A DNA stretch of 63,244 nucleotides, the filler included, from Thraustochytrium aureum (Eukaryota), in the NCBI GenBank assembly GCA_012862495.1. It is 8 parts of 3 records of this genome, joined end to end, with 100 filler letters (N's around TTAATTAATTAA, not from the genome) between each part and the next. Parts side by side here need not be neighbours in the genome. Positions count along the whole stretch, not along the records: positions 56,318 to 58,409 come from BLSG01000233.1; positions 58,510 to 60,508 come from BLSG01000233.1; positions 60,609 to 63,244 come from BLSG01000233.1; 5 more parts are not named here. One strand, written 5' to 3'. Under the pieces are notes generated by a model. It did not search any database. It was not told the DNA's origin and saw nothing but the letters and a program-made list of their open reading frames with translations. This document shows, piece after piece, positions 57,154 to 63,244 of the stretch; the first letter of the stretch is position 1; every line of letters begins with the position of its first letter. A program made the position numbers and the translations under genes.

Positions 57154-58409
57154 TTTGGATGTGGTGGTGGTTGGTTGGTGCTGAGAAGTGGCTTGTTCTA
57201 GCTGCTGCTTGGTGTCGTTTGGAATGCTCGGTTGCGTTTGGGGTCTGCTCTGGTCGTGGCCGCTTTGACAACAGCAGCATCGGCCGCCAACAGGAGCATG
57301 CTCGTTGTTGCTTCAACCAAGGAGGGCTTCCACAACCAGCATGAGGAGGGAGCATCACCATGCATGCATCTCTCTGTTGGCAGTGTGTGCTGGCTCCCTC
57401 GTGGAGTACCTCCTCCTCCTCCCATCGCGTCAGGGCAGGAACGCGCGCGAGCTGCGCCGGCCGTGTGCAGGCCAAACAGAGAGCGGNNNNNNNNNNNNNN
57501 NNNNNNNNNNNNNNNNNNNNNNNNNNNNNNNNNNNNNNNNNNNNNNNNNNNNNNNNNNNNNNNNNNNNNNNNNNNNNNNNNNNNNNNNNNNNNNNNNNNN
57601 NNNNNNNNNNNNNNNNNNNNNNNNNNNNNNNNNNNNNNNNNNNNNNNNNNNNNNNNNNNNNNNNNNNNNNNNNNNNNNNNNNNNNNNNNNNNNNNNNNNN
57701 NNNNNNNNNNNNNNNNNNNNNNNNNNNNNNNNNNNNNNNNNNNNNNNNNNNNNNNNNNNNNNNNNNNNNNNNNNNNNNNNNNNNNNNNNNNCTGGCGATT
57801 CTGCATTCTGTCAAGGAGGATCCTCCTTGACTCTGTTCTCAACGCCGCGGGCTGGGCTGCCACTGCCAGCTGGCAGTGCGTTGTCCTTGTCCACCTTGGG
57901 GACAGGACCGGTGGCGATAGGTGGGATTGACTCGTTCTCCACCTGGAGAGCTGCGTTCAATTCAGTTTTCAGCCCTGCACATGCTCTGCAGTCTGTCTGA
58001 ACTGACCAGAGCAGCTGTTTCGTCCTGTTCTAAACAAGTGTGGGATGTGATGAGACTCCAGCTACTCCGCTCGAGGTCAGTTCGAGCGGGAGCAGAGGAA
58101 GCGGGAGCAGAGGAAGCGGAGCAAGTGGCTCGAGAGTCGCGTGCGGAGCGCGCCACTTGTTCCGAGTCCGTTCCAAGCCGCATGTTTCTGGCTGTTTTTG
58201 GTGGATGTGAAGTACAGCATAAGTACCTCCACAGGACCTACCTCCCTCGCACGACGGCGCAATTCGCGGTTTTGTGGTGAGTGAGCCAGCTTGGCGAGCC
58301 TGAGCAGCCACTCAGGCTGGCCGCTGCTGGCAGTTGCTGGCAGCTGGCCGCAAGAGCTCTCTCTGCCACCGAGTTGCTGCCATCGCTGCCACCAAGGAGG
58401 GCCGCTGCC

Positions 58410-58509
58410 NNNNNNNNNNNNNNNNNNNNNNNNNNNNNNNNNNNNNNNNNNNNTTAATTAATTAANNNNNNNNNNNNNNNNNNNNNNNNNNNNNNNNNNN
58501 NNNNNNNNN
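58410..58509. other. Artificial contig spacer
   Basis: 44N-TTAATTAATTAA(58454-58465)-44N. Confidence 0.97.
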
Positions 58510-60508
58510 GGTGGCGCACGCACGGTGCGGCGCTGCTTGCTGAGCCGCTCGGTGGCTGCCTCGGGCGGTTCGCGTTCGTTTTGGATGCCTGCGCTTGGGC
58601 CGTGCGCGTTTGACACCAGCTCGTTCGCTCTGGAGTCTGCTCTTCAGACCATAGATCCGTTGTCGCGGCTCGAGACTCGAGAGGGTCATTCGAGCATGTG
58701 TCCAGCACGAGGTCCAGCGCTTGCGGGCTCGGGCACCTGGTGTAGCGCGCGACCGCCGCGGGCAGCAGCGGCGGGGCTGGTAATGAACCAGGATTTGGCG
58801 TGGGAACTTGAATGCCTGTCTGACCTTGGTTCAAACACCATGGCTGGCGGCGCCCTTTTCGGAGGGCTGACACGCCACCAAGTTTGCAGCGCCACTGCGC
58901 GAACGGATTCCAGGCCAGTTGGCATACTCCGCGAGTCGCGCGTCGTGAATGCCAATTTTGTCAGAAACGCTGACGCGGTTTGTCGCGCGCCAATTGGGCT
59001 TTTTTACCTTCAGTCGCATCAGGCTCGACAAACGCCAAGCGCCCCCGGCAATCAACGCCGACTGCAATTCGAGTGGTCGAGTCCTGCACTCGCCTTGAAG
59101 AAATCGCCATGCAAACGCGTCGGCCCGTCGCGCTGGTATTCGCAACTCGGCTTCATTCGGAAGAGTGGCGTTCGCTCGCCAACACTTGGCAAGTCAAACG
59201 TTCCACGTTGCCTCCAAATCCCTCCTCAAACTGCGCTCGCCGCTCATGTCGTGCACAGGCCACACGCCAGGCCAACGCAGGCGCTGATGTCGGGGCGAGG
59301 AGGTGCTGTCAAGGCTTGCCGCATCGCGACCAACAGTGATGGTATGCAACGCAACTGCGCCGCAGGAAGCTTTCCGACATCTCCTCTCCAAGCTGGAGCC
59401 CTCCACCGCTCGTAGCCCGTTGGTCTCCCACCTGACGTACTCTGCCAAGCGTGGCCCGCGCTGTCATGGCACACGCCAATTCTTGCAGGTGCTCGAATAG
59501 CGGGCCCTGTCCTCGCGCGGGGGGTGCAAGTGTTACAGTTTGTACGCCGTGGTGCATTTATTTTCTTCAGACCCGGCGTAGGCACTAGTCTACGCCCCAC
59601 TCCATGACGCGGTGTCCTGCAAAGGTCGTAGTGGTCCCCCTGATATCCGCCAGGGCGCGTTTAGTTGCACGTACCGATGTGGCCCGCAGAAAACCTGTGC
59701 AGTCCCGCTCACACCGTGCCCCTCGAGGCCACGCCGCGCCAACGCCGACCGCGCCGTGGCTTCCAGGACAGATTCGCCGTCCTTGCACAACAGCGTCCGG
59801 CTGAACGCGACTCGCGCGCGCCTTTCGTCGAGATGTAGGTGAGAACCTCGCATCGGGCGGGCGACCCAAGTCGAGCACCACGGCTTGCGCGAGTACTTTC
59901 TCGCCGGGCTGGTCGCGAGCGAGCTCACGAGGGCCTGGTTGCCAATGGGGCGTGTGGATTCACTGCAGTGGATCCAGTTTTGGCTAGGTCGGCGGCCGAT
60001 CCCCATGGCATGCACGGTGCGGCGAAGCCAAGTGTCAATGCACACGATGGCGCGGGCCAAGGTTTTCAGCTTTTCGTGGCACGAGCCATCCTGCAGAAGA
60101 GGTGGGTGGGTTGGCGGGTGGGTTTGGTATGCTTTCACTTTCGCCGAGACGAGTTGACGGGTTGACACACTGAGACGACAAGCCGACGAGACGACTGGAG
60201 GTGAGGTGCTTGCTTTTGAACGGGGAGCAACGCTGTCTGTCGAGCGCTTGCTTTTGGGCACGCGACTGCGCATGGGTGGGCGTCGGCGCACGGTGGAATT
60301 TTTGTTTTCTTTGGTCTTCTGCAAGCAAGAAGAGAAACAATAAAAGAGCGCGCAAGAAAAGAGCAAGCAGGCCACCAAAGAAACCGCGTATCTGAAAGGT
60401 GGCATTGCGATTGGCGGCGGCGGCGGCGGCCGGGCTGGAGCAAACCCAAAACGAGCCTTGGCAACAAGACCGAGAGCCGAAGCAAGCAACTAACACGCAA
60501 GTGCCAGC

Positions 60509-60608
60509 NNNNNNNNNNNNNNNNNNNNNNNNNNNNNNNNNNNNNNNNNNNNTTAATTAATTAANNNNNNNNNNNNNNNNNNNNNNNNNNNNNNNNNNNN
60601 NNNNNNNN
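60509..60608. other. Artificial contig spacer
   Basis: 44N-TTAATTAATTAA(60553-60564)-44N. Confidence 0.97.
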
Positions 60609-60610
60609 CT

Positions 60611-60694
60611 GGCATGCCCCAGGGCGGCGGCGCGGTCAACCCGTACGGCGGCTACAACCAGCACGCCGCCAACCCGTACTACGGGCGTGCCTAA
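60611..60694 (+). CDS. Extreme C-terminus of an unidentified protein (Gly/Tyr/Asn-rich tail)
   Basis: GMPQGGGAVNPYGGYNQHAANPYYGRA-TAA with third positions almost all G/C, at the contig start. Confidence 0.55.
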   Translation, partial: GMPQGGGAVNPYGGYNQHAANPYYGRA

Positions 60695-61379
60695 GTTGAG
60701 TGGCTTTGCACCTCGTACTATATTTCGCTGAGGGAGGGTCCCGCATGCAGATCAGTGCGGGTTGGCTCAACTCGATCGATCACTTTCATTCATTCATTCA
60801 AGGACGGGGTCGCATGAAGCGGTCCCAAACACATGGCTGCAACCGCCAATATTTTGGTGCTCGCCAGGATCTGTGATAAAATCAATCAATCAAGCAATCA
60901 AGCAATCATTTCAGAACCAATCCTGCAATTCCAATGCCACGCCAAGAGTCTTGCCGCGGACTCGAGGTAGTACGAAGACGATGCCATCTCGGACTTGCGC
61001 GCAAAACCAAACCGAGTCCCTTGACAAGACGCAACGCGACGTTGACGCGAGGAAACGTCGCCGTCCTCGATCCCTCGGACGCGCGCTGCAGCTCGACCAG
61101 GCCTCGGAATCGCTTGCGGCGATTGCTTCGCTAGCTAGGACGGCCTTCCGTGCACCGCTCGAGGTTTCACGGAAAAACCTGCCCTGCGAGTCCCGTCTCC
61201 AGATTGCGCTCGTGCAAGAACCTCTGGTCGCACGAGGCGCAACGCGAAGCGAAGGTGGCGCTTGACGGCCAAACCTGTTTCTCTTCCCAGCAACAGCCTC
61301 CGTGACGTTCCCTGTCGATGGCCAAAAAACACCGCGCGATTCTCTCAGCAATTGTTTGTTACGTGCACTCTCGGAGGCT

Positions 61380-63244
61380 CTACGCGAAGCCTGCCTGCCG
61401 CAAGCCCTCAAAAGCCTCGTTCTGCTCGGCTCGTTCACGCTGCGGCGCGTGTCGCAAAAAGTCCTTGATGGACCGCTCGCTTTGCATGAAAGACCATTCC
61501 GTCAACGACGACAGCAAGTTGACCTGCGCGTTGGTTAGCGAGGGGTCGATCCACTTGCCGTGGCGCGTCCCAAACGTGCGGTACACCGGGAAGCGCGGGA
61601 AGGCGCCGCCGAGGCCGCGGTCGATCTCGGTCAGCGTCTCCGTCGGGAGCTGCAGCTCAAAGCTGCGCGTCTTTTCAAGGTAGTACCACATGATGGTGAC
61701 GCTCGTGCCGCCCTTGATGCCCCACCAGTCGTTGCGCATCACCTCGTATGTGTCGACGGCGATGCAAGCCTCCCCATTGAGTTTCCTGCGCTGAAGCTGC
61801 TCGAGGAGGCCGACAATCTTGTCCTTCTTGAACACCTGGTTGTGCGCAAAGGAGCCGAGCTCCTTCGAAGAAACCTCGATGCCAAAGAGCGGCAAGATGC
61901 TTGCTTGAGGCCAATCCTCGTACGAGGGCACAAAGGAGACAGCCTCGTCGAGGACTTCTTCATCCTCCTCGAAAATGAAGCCCTCTTCATCGACGTTTGC
62001 TGACGAGCGCGGATCCTCGCCCACGCGACCGCGCAACGAACCTCGCACTCCAGAGGACCTCTTGCTCGACAGACTGGAGCGCCGACGAATCTTGCGCACG
62101 GAACGTCGCGCCGACGTGCGCGGGTCCTTCGGCTTCATGGGAACTTTGACCTCGCTGTTGACGCAGACGAGGATCCGCGGCACCTTGCGTTGCAGCATCG
62201 CGAGGAGGCCCAAGTTGTCGACCGTGCCTCCGTCCGCAAAGTCCATTTCGTGAGCAAGACCTCGCGCCTTTTCCTCGGCCGCTTCGCTTGCGGCCGCCTT
62301 GCGCACCTCTGGCGCAGATGACGCCTTGCCCTTGAGCGCCTTCCCGCCCGCCGCTGTCGAGTCTACATCCGCACGAATCTCTGGGCTACTGCCGCTGCCC
62401 GGGCTCCAATACAAGGAGCGAGGCGTGAGCCGCGCGGTCAGCGCATAGTTCTTGAAGACGAAGGCAGGAGCGTGGCTCGAGATCCCTAGCGTGTGGCGCA
62501 GCGTGAGCGGGCGCTCCGGCAGGGGTACACGCACCGTGTGGCAGTGCACGCCAAAGCCAGACTTGGACGGACCGTCGTGTTCGGAGACGACAGATTCCAT
62601 CATGTGAAACATCTCCTTGACCATATGCGAGGCCGCGTTTGCGGCAACGTTGGCCACGTTGCGCAGCGACAGGCGAGGGGAAACCGTTGAGGCCTTTTCG
62701 GGCTCCTCGCTGCCAAACGCAAACGAGTCGATCATGCCCCCGCCAATGGCAATCTCTGCGCCCTCGTTGTGGTCGTTCTTCTTCTTGTGCGCGCGCATGC
62801 GGTGCAAGTAAGGCGTGCCGCTGTACATCGGAGTAAACTGCACAGGCACGACGTCCCCCGCTCGCGCCCACTTTGGGCCAAGAACTGCGGCGTTGGCGAC
62901 CCAAAACGGCCTGCCCTCGTGCGAAAAGTGCACGCGGCGCAGCGCGCCCGCGTTCGTCTTGCGCAACCACTCCTCCATGATCGGGTGGGCGTAGGTGTAG
63001 TCGTCGTTGAGGCCAAATGGCTCGAGGTAGGTCTTCCCCACGGTGGTCTCCCACCACTCGTGCGAGGCGGTCGACCAGAAGAGCGACTCGGCAAGCTTCC
63101 ACATCTCGACAGTAGCCACCTTGCCGAGCGGCGGCGGGTCCTCTGCGAGCCGGCCCATGTGGAGTTCGTTGAGGCGCGTGCGAGGCCCCAGCAGTTGGGC
63201 GTCCGACTCAGCGCCCTGCTTGTAAAACGTAAAGATGCCAGTGG
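61380..63244 (-). CDS. Patatin/cPLA2-superfamily phospholipase-like protein, 5' part outside the window
   Basis: Catalytic-Asp motif DFADGGTVDNLGLLAMLQRKVPRILVCVN, plus RPFWVAN and VPVQFTPMYSG. The frame is open to the window edge (TGIFTFY...), so the nucleophile Ser motif would lie just upstream. The 3' end could extend to 60911 if the run at ~61456-61460 is miscalled. Confidence 0.7.
   Translation of the reverse strand, partial: TGIFTFYKQGAESDAQLLGPRTRLNELHMGRLAEDPPPLGKVATVEMWKLAESLFWSTASHEWWETTVGKTYLEPFGLNDDYTYAHPIMEEWLRKTNAGALRRVHFSHEGRPFWVANAAVLGPKWARAGDVVPVQFTPMYSGTPYLHRMRAHKKKNDHNEGAEIAIGGGMIDSFAFGSEEPEKASTVSPRLSLRNVANVAANAASHMVKEMFHMMESVVSEHDGPSKSGFGVHCHTVRVPLPERPLTLRHTLGISSHAPAFVFKNYALTARLTPRSLYWSPGSGSSPEIRADVDSTAAGGKALKGKASSAPEVRKAAASEAAEEKARGLAHEMDFADGGTVDNLGLLAMLQRKVPRILVCVNSEVKVPMKPKDPRTSARRSVRKIRRRSSLSSKRSSGVRGSLRGRVGEDPRSSANVDEEGFIFEEDEEVLDEAVSFVPSYEDWPQASILPLFGIEVSSKELGSFAHNQVFKKDKIVGLLEQLQRRKLNGEACIAVDTYEVMRNDWWGIKGGTSVTIMWYYLEKTRSFELQLPTETLTEIDRGLGGAFPRFPVYRTFGTRHGKWIDPSLTNAQVNLLSSLTEWSFMQSERSIKDFLRHAPQRERAEQNEAFEGLRQAGFA

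Overview
This is GC-rich eukaryotic nuclear DNA from a draft assembly, not a prokaryotic locus. Spliceosomal GT-AG introns with CTGAC branch points, RNA polymerase II RPB1, a WDR5-like gene, a cyclin, a tetraspanin, p24 and cathepsin Z all support this. A stramenopile-like protist is my inference and is not proven. The window joins 8 sequence pieces with seven identical artificial 100-nt spacers (44 N + TTAATTAATTAA + 44 N), so gene adjacency across spacers means nothing. It also has many internal N gaps and many single-base indels, mostly in short homopolymers, that split genes across frames. About 22 protein genes or gene fragments can be reconstructed. I found no rRNA, tRNA, CRISPR array or recognisable transposase. 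The most unusual items are: (1) a large chromatin protein joining a DNMT1-type RFTS domain, with no visible methyltransferase, to DDT/WHIM, a bromodomain, and a BRWD/PHIP-type module that appears to have a second bromodomain inserted in it; (2) a second multi-reader protein (AP2-like, PHD, split BAH, ZZ, dsRBD-like, PHD); (3) a receptor cyclase of bacterial architecture (Cache-HAMP-class III) with guanylyl-type specificity residues, whose stop codon lies in a 4 x 50-bp tandem repeat; (4) an RPB1 CTD built from YSPSSPA heptads; and (5) an orphan 7TM receptor-like protein. All domain calls come from recognising motifs by eye and need HMM or structure confirmation.
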